From Candidatus Magasanikbacteria bacterium GW2011_GWA2_56_11 (GTDB lineage Bacteria > Patescibacteriota > Patescibacteriia > Magasanikbacterales > UBA922), in the NCBI GenBank assembly GCA_001004885.1, contig LCRX01000011.1, positions 2,000-65,999 on the forward strand: a stretch of 64,000 bases of DNA, read 5' to 3'. A program made the translations under genes and the position numbers. Shown here in pieces: positions 1-9,579 of the stretch; within the stretch, counting starts at the first letter, position 1; every line of letters begins with the position of its first letter. Under the pieces are notes generated by a model. The model was not told the origin of the DNA. It saw only the letters and a program-made list of their open reading frames with translations, and ran no database searches.

Positions 1-79
1 AATGAGATGCGGCCGGTGCTGTTTGTGGAAGGGGACTTTTTCCATAGAATAAAAAACTTTCCCTAGTCAAGGAAAGCGA

Positions 80-265
80 ATGGAGAATAAGCCTAAGGCT
101 CCAGACCTGGTTCCTGCTCGGGAAAGAGTATATAACGAAGACCGGACTCGTCCCGTCTGGCACCCGATGGTGCTCTCTGGGCATTACCGTTGCGGCACAG
201 TAGAGGAATTGCCGCCCGACGCGGACCGCGCGCGAGCTACCTCATTTCCAGCGATATATACGTAA
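80..265 (+). CDS. hypothetical small protein (61 aa); coding status uncertain
   Basis: ORF with a weak AAGGA-like RBS upstream. No recognisable motif. Lies immediately 5' of MITE copy 1. Confidence 0.2.
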   Translation: MENKPKAPDLVPARERVYNEDRTRPVWHPMVLSGHYRCGTVEELPPDADRARATSFPAIYT

Positions 266-270
266 ATTGT

Positions 271-427
271 GAACTGACAGTGAGTTACTAACAATTCTGT
301 CCTAAGTTGAGCCGAAACATAGACTGATTTTTACGGCACCAATGTCTGAGCCTGTAAGAGCGAGTTTTGGTGCCGTAAAAATCAGTCTATGTTTGAGGCG
401 AAAAGGGGGAAACTCGCTATGAGTTCT
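271..427 (+). repeat. MITE-like repeat family 1, copy 1 (~157 bp; TIRs GAACTGAYAGTGAGTTA; internal ~30-bp-stem hairpin)
   Basis: Near-identical to 5964-6120, 25908-26064 and the reverse complement of 18971-19135. Perfect inverted repeat ccgaaacatagactgatttttacggcacc / ggtgccgtaaaaatcagtctatgttt. Confidence 0.8.
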
Positions 428-508
428 GTCTGCGCCCACTATACCAACGGTTGAGCCGTCTTGTCAAATCCTTGATTTTTTAGCTTAGTTAATGTATTTT
501 GCTGTTGT

Positions 509-1495
509 ATGTGGACAAGTATTTTGGGACAAAAAAACCGGCCGTTTCTGGCTCTCTCGCCGATGGCTGACATGACCGATTCGCCTTTTTGCCAGATAGT
601 GAGAAAAATTGGCGGCGCCGACGTGGTTTTTCGGGAAATGGTGTCGAGCGAGGCCATTGTGCGCGAAAATGTCAAAACTTTGGGAATGACAGATTTTGCC
701 GCTGCCGAGCGGCCTATAGTACAGCAGATATTCGGCTCCGACCCCGCCACCATGGCCCGGGCCGCGGCGCTTATCATGGAACACGCCGCTCCGGAAGGAA
801 TTGACATCAACATGGGGTGTCCGGTTTATAAGATTACCAGCCATTTCAACGGCTGCGCTCTTATGAAGGAGCCGGACCGGGCGGCGGCGATAATTCGCGC
901 GGTAAAGCACGCTGTCGGCCCCACGCCGTTGTCGGTAAAGATACGTCTGGGCTGGAGCGATCCGGACGAATTTAAAAAATTTATTCCCGTGATTGAAGCG
1001 GCCGGCGCGGATTTAATTGCGGTCCACGGCCGGACTAAGGCACAAGGGTACGGCGGGGCCAGCGACTGGCGGCGCATCGGCGAGGCCAAGGCTGTGGCGC
1101 GCGTGCCGGTGCTCGCGAACGGCGATATTCACCGGCCCGAACAAGTGGCGGCCGCTTTGGAGGCGACTGGCGCCGACGGCGTTTTGATCGCGCGCGGCGC
1201 TCTCGGCAACCCGTGGTTTTTTTGGGCAGTGGCGCATCCGGGAGCCAGGATTTCGCTGGGGGAGCGCGCGTCTGTAGTGCTCGAACACTCCCGGCTGCAT
1301 ATGGCGCGCTATGGCGAGCGTGGCCTCGTAACCTTTCGCAAGCATCTGGCGTGGTACTTCAAGGCCAGCCGCGTCGGAGAGGATGTGCCCGGCTTAAAGC
1401 AAATCCGCGCCGAGCTGGTGCGGGTGAGCACTTACGACGGTCTGGCGGAAATTTTGCGTCCGTTTAGCGCCAGACCCCCTCAGCCGGATAGTTAG
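509..1495 (+). CDS. dus: tRNA-dihydrouridine synthase (Dus family)
   Basis: TIM-barrel Dus hallmarks (…NMGCPV…, FMN-binding pattern); 328 aa. Confidence 0.85.
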   Translation: MWTSILGQKNRPFLALSPMADMTDSPFCQIVRKIGGADVVFREMVSSEAIVRENVKTLGMTDFAAAERPIVQQIFGSDPATMARAAALIMEHAAPEGIDINMGCPVYKITSHFNGCALMKEPDRAAAIIRAVKHAVGPTPLSVKIRLGWSDPDEFKKFIPVIEAAGADLIAVHGRTKAQGYGGASDWRRIGEAKAVARVPVLANGDIHRPEQVAAALEATGADGVLIARGALGNPWFFWAVAHPGARISLGERASVVLEHSRLHMARYGERGLVTFRKHLAWYFKASRVGEDVPGLKQIRAELVRVSTYDGLAEILRPFSARPPQPDS

Positions 1496-1639
1496 TGCGC
1501 TCTCCAAGGCCGTCTTCAGGTTCCTGGATATCGAGCTCGATCGGCTTGTTTTTCTCCGCCGGCGTGTCTGCCGACTGCCGTTTTTGGTACTCGCCGAGCG
1601 GTGTTTTTTCCCAAGCATCCGGTTTTTTGGTTTCCATAG

Positions 1640-2356
1640 TTAGGAGGTGGCTGGCGGTCGCCGTGAAAATTTAAGTTTGTACATAACAGTAAAGAATTCC
1701 CAAATGTCTTTTTTGCTCAGCTTGGACCGCCCGCGGCGCCGGTCATTGAACACCACCGGCACTTCGATGATGCTGAAGCCGGCCTGCTCGGCCCGGTAGA
1801 GCAGCTCTTCCTGGAAAGCGTAGCCGTTGCTTTTGACGGTATCCAGGGCGATAGACTTGAGAGCCTGGCTCCGGAAACAGCGGAAACCGGCGGTAACGTC
1901 GCGCACCCGGAGTCCTAAGAGCAGACGGGAAAAGAACATGGCGCCGGCGCTGGAGAGCCGTCGCCACAGGCTCCAGCCGACGATTTTACCGCCCAGAATT
2001 TTGCGCGAGCCAATGGCTAAATCGTGGTCGGCCGCGGCCGAGAGGAGACGGGGCAAATCGGCCGGATCATGGGAAAAATCCGCGTCCATTTCAAAAATAT
2101 AATCGGCGCCGAGGGCCAGGGCTTTCTTAAAGCCCGCAATATAGGCCGAGCCGAGGCCGAGTTTGCGCAGCCGCTTGACCAGGTGCACCGGATAGTCGGC
2201 GCGCATGCCCTCTACCACTTCGGCCGTTTTGTCCGGCGAGTTGTCGTCGACCACGACTATCTCGAGCTCGGGGATGCGGAGCGCGAAGATTTGGGACACC
2301 AGGGTGGCGATGTTGTCGCGTTCGTTATAGGTAGGGATGACGATAATCGGCTTCAT
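1640..2356 (-). CDS. GT2 glycosyltransferase, polyprenol/dolichol-phosphate mannosyltransferase-like
   Basis: N-terminal IVIPTYNE…VVDDNSPD and DAD motifs typical of Dpm1-like GT2 enzymes. Confidence 0.8.
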   Translation of the reverse strand: MKPIIVIPTYNERDNIATLVSQIFALRIPELEIVVVDDNSPDKTAEVVEGMRADYPVHLVKRLRKLGLGSAYIAGFKKALALGADYIFEMDADFSHDPADLPRLLSAAADHDLAIGSRKILGGKIVGWSLWRRLSSAGAMFFSRLLLGLRVRDVTAGFRCFRSQALKSIALDTVKSNGYAFQEELLYRAEQAGFSIIEVPVVFNDRRRGRSKLSKKDIWEFFTVMYKLKFSRRPPATS

Positions 2357-3207
2357 AGCGCCAGGCTTGACCGCCTTTCGGCCAGGATAACGGTATTGGC
2401 CAAAAGCCGGGCGACTGTAATCGGGCCGATGCCGCCCGGGGTCGGCGTTACATAGGCAGCTTTGAGGCGCACCTCGTTTACGTTGACGTCGCCAAACATT
2501 TTTTTCCCCACATAGTCAACCCCGGCGTCAATAACCACGGCGGACGGACTCACCATGTCGCCGCGGATCAGGTCTTTTTGGCCCACGCCGCTCACGATGA
2601 CGTCGGCGTGGAGGCATTTTTGCCGGATGTCCCGGCTGGCGCTGTTGACGGTGGTAACGCTGGCGCGCGCGTTCATCATCATGATCGCGAGCGGCCTGCC
2701 GACCAAGGCGCCGGTGCCGACGATGGTAACATTTTTCCCTGCTAGGCTAAGGCCCAGGTTTTCGAGTATAGACATAACCGCTCCCGGCGTGGGGGGAACA
2801 ATAATTTGGTCGTTCATGACCAGCTTGCCCAGATTGGCATGGGTGAGACAGTCCACGTCTACCTCCGGCAGAACCGCGTTCAATACTTCGGCCGTATAGA
2901 GCGGTTCTGGCAAGGGTAGCTGGACGACAAGGCCAGAGAGGGCCGGATCGGACTGAATTTCGTTTATGCGCTCGATGATCGCGGCGCGCCGGGTGTCTGC
3001 CGGCAGAGGGTGCAAAGCAAAATCTATCCCGATTTTTTTGGCCGCCAGGCCTTTGTGTTTGACATAAGCGGCCGATGGGGCTGATTCACCGACCAAAATA
3101 ACCGCCAGCTTGGGCACCAGGCCGCGGACTTTGAGAGCGGCTACTTTCTGCGCCGTCTCGGCGTGGATTTTTTCGGCGATTGCCCGGCCATTGATGAGGT
3201 TTGACAT
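2353..3207 (-). CDS. folD: bifunctional methylenetetrahydrofolate dehydrogenase/cyclohydrolase
   Basis: 284 aa; FolD-like N-terminus (LINGRAIAEKI…) and Rossmann GxGxxVG region. 4-nt overlap with the upstream glycosyltransferase gene. Confidence 0.9.
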   Translation of the reverse strand: MSNLINGRAIAEKIHAETAQKVAALKVRGLVPKLAVILVGESAPSAAYVKHKGLAAKKIGIDFALHPLPADTRRAAIIERINEIQSDPALSGLVVQLPLPEPLYTAEVLNAVLPEVDVDCLTHANLGKLVMNDQIIVPPTPGAVMSILENLGLSLAGKNVTIVGTGALVGRPLAIMMMNARASVTTVNSASRDIRQKCLHADVIVSGVGQKDLIRGDMVSPSAVVIDAGVDYVGKKMFGDVNVNEVRLKAAYVTPTPGGIGPITVARLLANTVILAERRSSLAL

Positions 3208-3246
3208 GCCGCTATAATAGCAAGCCAGGGTCCAAAATTCAAGTAC

Positions 3247-3274
3247 TTGCGGAGAGCGAAAAAAGTGTTAATAT
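3247..3274 (+). promoter_or_regulatory. candidate sigma70-like promoter for greA (TTGCGG-16-TAATAT), near-leaderless
   Basis: Hexamer spacing read directly; the -10 ends 6 nt before the greA ATG. Divergent region between folD and greA. Confidence 0.3.
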
Positions 3275-3280
3275 ACCTGC

Positions 3281-3784
3281 ATGCGGACGCTTAACCGAAA
3301 AGCGGAGAAAAACCGCCCAGTCAAGCCTGACGCTATCCTGACCGAGAGCAAGTTTTTGGAACTTAAGCGCCAGCTCGAGAAACTCAAAAACGCGAGCCGG
3401 CCGCAGGCAGCGTCCGAAGTCCGGCGGCTGGCTGAAATGGGGGATTTTTCGGAAAATTATGCCTACCAGATCGCCAAGGGACGGCTGCGGGGCATAAACA
3501 ACACCATTCTCAGGCTGGAACACGAGCTCCAACAGGCGACTATTATCGCGCCGCCGGCACAGACTGATACGGTGCAAGTGGGCCACGCCGTTACTGTCGA
3601 ATGCGGCGGACAAATGAAAATTTATCGAATACTGGGGTCAGCGGAGATTGACCTCGAAAAGGGGATTATTTCGCGCCACTCTCCGCTTGGGTCCGCCCTT
3701 TTGGGGCATAGAGTCGGAGAAACAATCAAGCTTAAGCTCGGGGAGAGGGAAGTTGAATACCGGGTAAAGAAAATTGAATCCTAG
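3281..3784 (+). CDS. greA: transcription elongation factor GreA
   Basis: 167 aa; N-terminal coiled-coil plus C-terminal FKBP-like domain with conserved acidic tip residues. Confidence 0.9.
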   Translation: MRTLNRKAEKNRPVKPDAILTESKFLELKRQLEKLKNASRPQAASEVRRLAEMGDFSENYAYQIAKGRLRGINNTILRLEHELQQATIIAPPAQTDTVQVGHAVTVECGGQMKIYRILGSAEIDLEKGIISRHSPLGSALLGHRVGETIKLKLGEREVEYRVKKIES

Positions 3785-3829
3785 CCAGGTCTTATCGCAG
3801 GCGGGCAGAAATTTTCGAGCGGGTCGTTG

Positions 3830-4561
3830 TTAGTTGGAACTTGGCGTATAACTGTCCGAAACGACCGCCCCGTCTTTCATGGCTATTATCCGGCTGGTTT
3901 GTTCCGCGTATTCCTGTTCGTGGGTAACCATAATAATCGTTTGGCCGGAACGGTGCAGTTCGGCGAATGTCTCGATCACGTGCCGTGCGTTTTGGGAGTC
4001 CAGGTTGGCCGTCGGCTCGTCGGCAAACAAGATGCGCGGATTGTGGGCGATAGCCCGCGCGATGGAAACGCGCTGTTGCTGGCCGCCCGACAGCTGGCTT
4101 GGCCGGTTATTTTTTTTGCCCTCGAGTCCCACTCTGGCCAGCGATTGCAGCGCCTGCCGCCGGGCGCTGCCGAGCCCCATGCCCTGCATAAGCATAGGCA
4201 GGGCGACATTGTCTATGGTGGAGAGCTCGGGCAAAAGGGCGTAGTCCTGAAACACGTACCCGAAATCTCGCAGGCGGATTTGGGTTTTTTCCGCCTCGTT
4301 GAGCTCGGAAGTATTGTGGCCGTTTACGATCACTTCTCCGGCTGTCGGCCGATCCAAAAGAGAGAGCTGGTAAAGCAGCGTGGATTTGCCGGCCCCCGAC
4401 GGGCCGACTACGGCCACGAATTCTCTGTCTTTGATTTCTATATTCAGGCTTTTGAGGGCCACGACCTGGAGTTCGCCTTGGCCGTATTTTTTTTCCAGTC
4501 CTTTGGCCTGTATCATACTTTGATCAATTAACTCTCCACCGCCGGCCTTGATGTTTGGCAC
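3830..4561 (-). CDS. ABC transporter ATP-binding protein (MacB/LolD family)
   Basis: Walker A GPSGAGKST, ABC signature LSGGQQQRV, Walker B ILFADEP. The true start is probably the MIQAKG… methionine ~45 nt inside the ORF. Confidence 0.85.
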   Translation of the reverse strand: MPNIKAGGGELIDQSMIQAKGLEKKYGQGELQVVALKSLNIEIKDREFVAVVGPSGAGKSTLLYQLSLLDRPTAGEVIVNGHNTSELNEAEKTQIRLRDFGYVFQDYALLPELSTIDNVALPMLMQGMGLGSARRQALQSLARVGLEGKKNNRPSQLSGGQQQRVSIARAIAHNPRILFADEPTANLDSQNARHVIETFAELHRSGQTIIMVTHEQEYAEQTSRIIAMKDGAVVSDSYTPSSN

Positions 4562-4607
4562 GCCGCTATGTCCGCCTCGGCGTAATTAAAAGGTGTCTGC
4601 CCGGCAG

Positions 4608-5903
4608 CTAGCGCCCGAGGATCGCGTCCAAGGTATTGCGGCGGACAATCAGCTTGGCCGGAATGTAGCCGGCAAACAATGTAACCACCACCAGGATAAT
4701 CACACGGACCGCGGCCCCGTCGGGCGTGGCTACCAAAATGCCGTCGGAAAAGGGGAAATTTATCGGATGGGCGTTGAAATAAGGTTTTAAGACGCCAAAT
4801 GTCAGGATTAGTCCCAGAAATGATCCGGACAAACCGTAAAACAGCGCCTGCAGCACATAAGAAAACTGGATGGCTTGCGGGCTGATGCCGATACCTTTCA
4901 TGATGCCGATAAATTTCCGTTTGGTAACGGCGTTGATGAAGATGACTATGAAAATGGTAATAGAGGCCACGACAAGCGCGATGGAGGAGAGGGCGTTGCC
5001 CAGAATGCCCATGGTAGTTTCAATATCGCGCAAAAAGGACGGTATGGCCTGGTCGGTGGTCTGGATCAGCGCGGCGTGCGAGCCCATAAATTCTTTGAGC
5101 TCGGAAACTAGGGCCGGCGCCCGGGCGTAGTCGCTTCTCACGGCTATCTCCTGGAATTGCTCCTGGTTGATCGGAAGCATCCGTTTGAGCTCCTTGTCGG
5201 TGATAAAAATCCGGGCCGACACCTCGTCTATTTTGCTTTTCAGAACGCCCTTGACCGTAAAATCTTTTCGGACCACGGCCCCGTCCGTGAGCGTGATCGT
5301 CAGCCGCACCCGGCTGCCGACGTCGACGTCTTTCAACAAATCCAGTCCTGGTATGTTGGCGTCGGCGAAAGACGAGTACTTCTTGAGCAGGTTGGCGCCG
5401 ATGAGAATGTAGCCTTCCTGGTCGGGGCGCAGGTTTTCGCCGTAGGCCACGAAACGGGAGAAGCGGGTCAGCGCTTCTTCGCGTCCCGGGTCTATGCCTA
5501 CCAGCCGGGCGCCGATGCGGTTGGGGCGCTCGTTTTTTTCCGGCAGGTCGCTGAGAGTCCCCAAAATTTGCGCGCTGGTGGAGTGCCGGGGAGAGACGGT
5601 AGATACCCCGGGATGGTTTTCCAGGTATGAGATCAGGGGCGCCGAGTTTTCGACGTAGCTGCGTCCGGGGGCCGGGGTGATGATGACTTCTCCGGAATAG
5701 CCTTCGCGGAATTGCTGGAAAGACCCGGCGATGAGGCCCACCAGAAGCCCGGAAACCACGACCAGGTTGAGAAAGGTGAGGACCATGATGAAAATAATGA
5801 GGCTGGTGGTGCCTTTGCCGGCGTGCCTGATTTGCCGATAGGCCAAAAACCAGCCGACCCGCAGGGCATTTTTGTACTCTTTGATTTTTTCACTGGCGGA
5901 CAT
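4608..5903 (-). CDS. ABC transporter permease, FtsX/MacB-like with large extracytoplasmic domain
   Basis: N-terminal TM helix, large loop and C-terminal FtsX 3-TM bundle. Start set at MSASEK (5903) because upstream ORF codons run into MITE copy 2. Confidence 0.8.
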   Translation of the reverse strand: MSASEKIKEYKNALRVGWFLAYRQIRHAGKGTTSLIIFIMVLTFLNLVVVSGLLVGLIAGSFQQFREGYSGEVIITPAPGRSYVENSAPLISYLENHPGVSTVSPRHSTSAQILGTLSDLPEKNERPNRIGARLVGIDPGREEALTRFSRFVAYGENLRPDQEGYILIGANLLKKYSSFADANIPGLDLLKDVDVGSRVRLTITLTDGAVVRKDFTVKGVLKSKIDEVSARIFITDKELKRMLPINQEQFQEIAVRSDYARAPALVSELKEFMGSHAALIQTTDQAIPSFLRDIETTMGILGNALSSIALVVASITIFIVIFINAVTKRKFIGIMKGIGISPQAIQFSYVLQALFYGLSGSFLGLILTFGVLKPYFNAHPINFPFSDGILVATPDGAAVRVIILVVVTLFAGYIPAKLIVRRNTLDAILGR

Positions 5904-5963
5904 GGTATGTTTTGTCAGGATAAGCTTAGCGCGCCGTGCCAATCGTATTCGGTCATTAACTAT

Positions 5964-6120
5964 GAACTGATAGTGAGTTATTAGCAATTCTCTTCTCTAA
6001 GTTGAGCCGAAACATAGACTGATTTTCGCGGCACCAATGTCTGAGCCTGTAAGAGCGAGTTTTGGGGCCGCGAAAATCAGTCTATGTTGAGGCGAAAGGG
6101 GGGAGACTCGCTGTGGGTTC
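5964..6120 (+). repeat. MITE-like repeat family 1, copy 2
   Basis: Same element as 271-427. Stem variant ttttcgcggc / gccgcgaaaa instead of tttttacggc / gccgtaaaaa. Confidence 0.8.
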
Positions 6121-6141
6121 TTTGGCTTACATGTTACTGGT

Positions 6142-6789
6142 TTAGACGCGACTGGTCAACCAGTCTTTGCCGCCTGCCACGTAGCCGGCGATGCCCGCAA
6201 TTGTACACGCCGGGATTTGGTGCCGGCGGGCGAAGTCCTTGAGTGCCGCCCCCCGTAACATGACTCCGTCAGAGCCCATTATTTCGCAAATTACTGCCGC
6301 TTCGGGCAGTCCGGCGAGTCTGGTTAGGGCAACTCCGGCCTCGGTATGGCCGAGCCGGTCGGCGAGTCCGCCCGGACGGGTGCGCAAAGGAAAGACGTGC
6401 CCGGGCCGGGTAAAATCTTCTGGCCGGGAGACGGGATCGATGAGCGCCTGGATCGTTCGCGTCCGGTCAAAGGCGGAGATACCGGTGGTCGTGGCGCGAT
6501 GGTCCACCGACAGCATCCAGGCGGTGCCGAACGGATCGTCCGGCGCTGCGGTCATCGGAGGAATTTCCAGGGCGTCGAGATAACGGCCTTCCAGGGCGAC
6601 GCAAACCAGGCCGCCGCCGGAATGCGCCAGGAAACTTACCGCCGCCGGCGTAACGCGGGATGCGGCGACCACCAGATCGGCTTCGGATTCGCGTTTGGGA
6701 TCATCGTCAAAAACTATTACCATCCGGCCGGAGGCTATCGCCGAGATGATGTCGGGAATGGGAGTATAGCTCATTTGTTTGAAATACAA
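6142..6789 (-). CDS. ribB: 3,4-dihydroxy-2-butanone 4-phosphate synthase
   Basis: 215 aa; RibB core motifs (…RESEADLV…, …HTEA…). Confidence 0.85.
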   Translation of the reverse strand: MYFKQMSYTPIPDIISAIASGRMVIVFDDDPKRESEADLVVAASRVTPAAVSFLAHSGGGLVCVALEGRYLDALEIPPMTAAPDDPFGTAWMLSVDHRATTTGISAFDRTRTIQALIDPVSRPEDFTRPGHVFPLRTRPGGLADRLGHTEAGVALTRLAGLPEAAVICEIMGSDGVMLRGAALKDFARRHQIPACTIAGIAGYVAGGKDWLTSRV

Positions 6790-6998
6790 CTGGGTGCGGC
6801 CGGAGGCGGCGCGCTTGTGTATTTTGGCTTAGTTGGCATAATTTAGGTTATCGCTAATCTTGATTTAAATCAAGTTGAAACTTGGATTCGATAAACTAAG
6901 CGTTTGGCTTGCTTCGTCCTTGTTGGTTCGGGACTAATGAGGTATCTTGGATCATCCGCCGCCTGCTTTTTTGAGTTGAATCTTACCGTCTTGGATAT

Positions 6999-7030
6999 AA
7001 AAATAATGGCTAATTTTAGCCATTATTTTC
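6999..7030. terminator. perfect 14-bp-stem hairpin (aaaataatggctaa / ttagccattatttt), likely terminator of the AT-rich islet operon
   Basis: Inverted repeat read directly; sits 3' of the 7086-7871 minus-strand gene. Confidence 0.4.
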
Positions 7031-7085
7031 GAGCTCGCATACAGGGACAGCTTCCGAATGTTTATTCAATATAATCTACTGTAAT

Positions 7086-7871
7086 CTATATAGGTTTTTT
7101 AACAATTTTTTCTGCTTGTTGGATAGCGCTCACAACCAATTCAGATGTTGTCCCTCCAAGATGGTAATCGGCATTCTTTAACACATCGTTAGTCATAACT
7201 AATAAATACATCAATGATAATCGATAAGTCTGCGCTTCGTTTTGTTTAGTCATACTTATAGCCAATAATTTACCATGTGACTCTTCCGCTAATCCTTTAT
7301 AATGAAAATACCATTGTTCTCCTCCGTTAATCTTAGAATTTTTACAAAGAGACCACATCGTTGGAAAAGGGTCTAATTCTTTTTCTTTAATAGTATTTAT
7401 GTCTGGAAATTTACCTTGAGAAAATTTATCATAATATTTTTTAAATTCCAAAGTAGCTAATTTTTCATTATTAGCTTTTTCATTATCGTAGTGTCGTTTA
7501 CATATTCTTAAGCATTCTTTTGTGGCTATTTCTTCCTGCACATCATTTTTTTGCCGAGTAAAGTACTCTAATCTGAACGTATTCTCCATGACTGTTCTTG
7601 CTGGGTAAAATGCAAATCTACGATTTTTTCCTTTTCCCAAAGAAACCGCAAAATCAACATTTTCCCAAATACTCTTTATCGTTTCATATAGATACATGTG
7701 TTTTAAAGTATCAGGGTTCTCTTTTTTGATATATTGATCAATTAGTTTAAGTTGTTCATATGCAACAGCTCTTGTAATTTTGAACGCTTTTTCAACCCGT
7801 GTCTTCCGTTGCTGTTCTGTAAGTTTACTTATCCAAAAATCTGAAAATTCATTTTGAGATAGTTGTATCAT
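7086..7871 (-). CDS. hypothetical protein (261 aa), AT-rich islet gene 2
   Basis: Strong coding asymmetry in AT-rich DNA; no recognisable family. Confidence 0.6.
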   Translation of the reverse strand: MIQLSQNEFSDFWISKLTEQQRKTRVEKAFKITRAVAYEQLKLIDQYIKKENPDTLKHMYLYETIKSIWENVDFAVSLGKGKNRRFAFYPARTVMENTFRLEYFTRQKNDVQEEIATKECLRICKRHYDNEKANNEKLATLEFKKYYDKFSQGKFPDINTIKEKELDPFPTMWSLCKNSKINGGEQWYFHYKGLAEESHGKLLAISMTKQNEAQTYRLSLMYLLVMTNDVLKNADYHLGGTTSELVVSAIQQAEKIVKKPI

Positions 7872-7882
7872 ATTTTAATGAT

Positions 7883-9058
7883 CTATATTGTTAACTTTGC
7901 TACCAAAAGTGTTACTATGTTATTCATCGATTCTATAACTAACCCTATTGTCTTTTCGTCTCTTAACACAAAACCTTTGTGTGCGTAGTTACACCGTTTT
8001 TCATACAAACGATTGAACCAAGGAAGTAAATCTGGTTTAATAGCATTAATACCTCCTATTATATATTTTTTATTATCCGATCTGATATCCTTATCTGGAA
8101 CGAATAAATGTTCTAAACAACAATATAATAATAAAATTTTAGCACCTAAATCTGGTATTTGTGAGGCCGAACTTAAAATATCTATAGTAGGTGCAACATC
8201 GTTCATGTTGTTATGTTTCCAAGGGTTTTTTAAACTTTCAAATATTTTTTTATTATCAAGCATAAATTTTTCTATTCCGCCAAACGTCCTATTATCAAGC
8301 CACATTTTAGAAAGTCCTCGATACCCAAAAGAAAGAAAAAGACATCCATCAGGTATTTTAACCCACGATTCTTTCGAGTCTTCTTCCCAACAGTAGCAAC
8401 CCTGTGAATTTTCACCCAAAAACACAGAGCTTGTTGGTGCCGTAAGCGGTACTTCATTTTGTCCAAAATCCATTTGACAATGATATACAAAGCTGGCAAT
8501 TCTCAGCATGTTCAAGAATATTCTCATGTGTGATGCAGAATACCAATAGCAATATGTTTCTGATCCAAAACTACTAAAACCAAAGGATGGGGAACAAAAA
8601 AATCTTTTTGCATCACTTTGTTCATATTTTTTAAGCCCAGGTTGCAGTTGTTTGTATTTTTTCAATAGTTCGTCGTTATCAAAAAACGGTACAAGTGGTA
8701 TATCCATTTTTTTAAATAATCCATCAAAAAATTCCTGTGGACCAACATCAGTAGAAGGATTAATAACAGGAGTGCTAAAATGACTAATTTCTGTTATTAA
8801 TACTCTCTGCTTAATAGTTTGTTCTGCTAAATCAAAATATTTATTTATCACAGATTCAATCACATCTGTTTTTGACGCCCATCTAAAAATAAAAGAAATC
8901 TCGTGAGCACTAGAATGTCCTCCGACACGCTGATAATATTCATCTTCTGAATTGACAGCAAAAAACAACTTACATTTAAATAAGCCCCGTACGACATCCA
9001 TTGGTAATATTTTTAACTTCTTTTCTTCAAAAAAGTTCACATTCTTTAAAAAGCACAC
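7883..9058 (-). CDS. hypothetical protein (391 aa) with C-terminal Rx4H (RCNYAH) HEPN-like motif, AT-rich islet gene 1
   Basis: Long ORF in low-GC DNA. C-terminal …LYEKRCNYAHKG… fits the HEPN Rx4-6H signature. The true start may be the internal M at ~9001. Confidence 0.55.
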   Translation of the reverse strand: MCFLKNVNFFEEKKLKILPMDVVRGLFKCKLFFAVNSEDEYYQRVGGHSSAHEISFIFRWASKTDVIESVINKYFDLAEQTIKQRVLITEISHFSTPVINPSTDVGPQEFFDGLFKKMDIPLVPFFDNDELLKKYKQLQPGLKKYEQSDAKRFFCSPSFGFSSFGSETYCYWYSASHMRIFLNMLRIASFVYHCQMDFGQNEVPLTAPTSSVFLGENSQGCYCWEEDSKESWVKIPDGCLFLSFGYRGLSKMWLDNRTFGGIEKFMLDNKKIFESLKNPWKHNNMNDVAPTIDILSSASQIPDLGAKILLLYCCLEHLFVPDKDIRSDNKKYIIGGINAIKPDLLPWFNRLYEKRCNYAHKGFVLRDEKTIGLVIESMNNIVTLLVAKLTI

Positions 9059-9212
9059 TTATAAGATGTCTTGGCTGATAGTATTTTTCTTGTCTATACT
9101 GATCTTTTAAGGGCATCTGCATAGCCAAAGCCACCTCTTTGTCAGCTTCACTTTCTAATTTGGAATATACTTGATCACCAATTATTTCTTTTATTTTATT
9201 TAAAAAATTCAT
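9027..9212 (-). CDS. small hypothetical protein (61 aa)
   Basis: ORF overlapping the annotated start of the 391-aa gene; coding status uncertain. Confidence 0.25.
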   Translation of the reverse strand: MNFLNKIKEIIGDQVYSKLESEADKEVALAMQMPLKDQYRQEKYYQPRHLISVLFKECELF

Positions 9213-9217
9213 AGTTT

Positions 9218-9379
9218 TTATTTATCCATTTTCTCCCTATAATCAATTTTAGATAAAACATCAAAAGCCTCAACCAAATCATCAGCACACTTCTGCGCAT
9301 CCTCAAAACTTAATTTAACGCCGGTTTTCTTTTCATATATATCCTGAAATTCTAGGACGAGTTCGTCGGAAGGAGGCAT
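9218..9379 (-). CDS. small acidic hypothetical protein (53 aa; MPPSDELVLEFQDIYEKK…), below the ORF-track size cutoff
   Basis: Hand-translated; in-frame stop 6 codons upstream of the ATG. Lies between tRNA-Gln and the islet genes. Confidence 0.3.
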   Translation of the reverse strand: MPPSDELVLEFQDIYEKKTGVKLSFEDAQKCADDLVEAFDVLSKIDYREKMDK

Positions 9380-9579
9380 ATTATTGAAGTTAATGACTAA
9401 TCCCAGTTTACTCTAAAGCCAGATCTAGTTCAATAAGTTCGAATCCTACTGAGAGTGGTGGTTAGTGCATTGCATTTTTAGCCAAAAATTTATAGTGTAA
9501 AAACCACTTCCGAACCGATTGTTTCTTCTCTCAACTAAAAAGAAAAACAGACTATTTTTAGTCTGTTTTCTAAATCGAG

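Larger units (their letters stand above)
6850..9579. mobile_element. AT-rich genomic islet (~33% GC vs ~60% backbone) abutting the 3' end of tRNA-Gln
   Basis: Sharp compositional break. Two orphan protein genes plus two small ORFs, all on the tRNA strand. tRNA 3'-end adjacency is classic for integrated elements. No integrase retained. Confidence 0.5.

Noticed and set aside
485-910. 141-aa and 124-aa minus-strand ORFs
   Set aside because: Antisense to the dus gene.
3827-4531. 234-aa plus-strand ORF
   Set aside because: Antisense to the ABC ATPase gene, which has canonical Walker A/B and signature motifs.
9430-9460. tRNA T-loop-like gttcgaatcc fragment in the AT-rich islet
   Set aside because: No acceptor, D or anticodon arms can be folded around it. 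Possibly an att remnant but too short to call. Similarly weak: ggattcga at 6885-6892.
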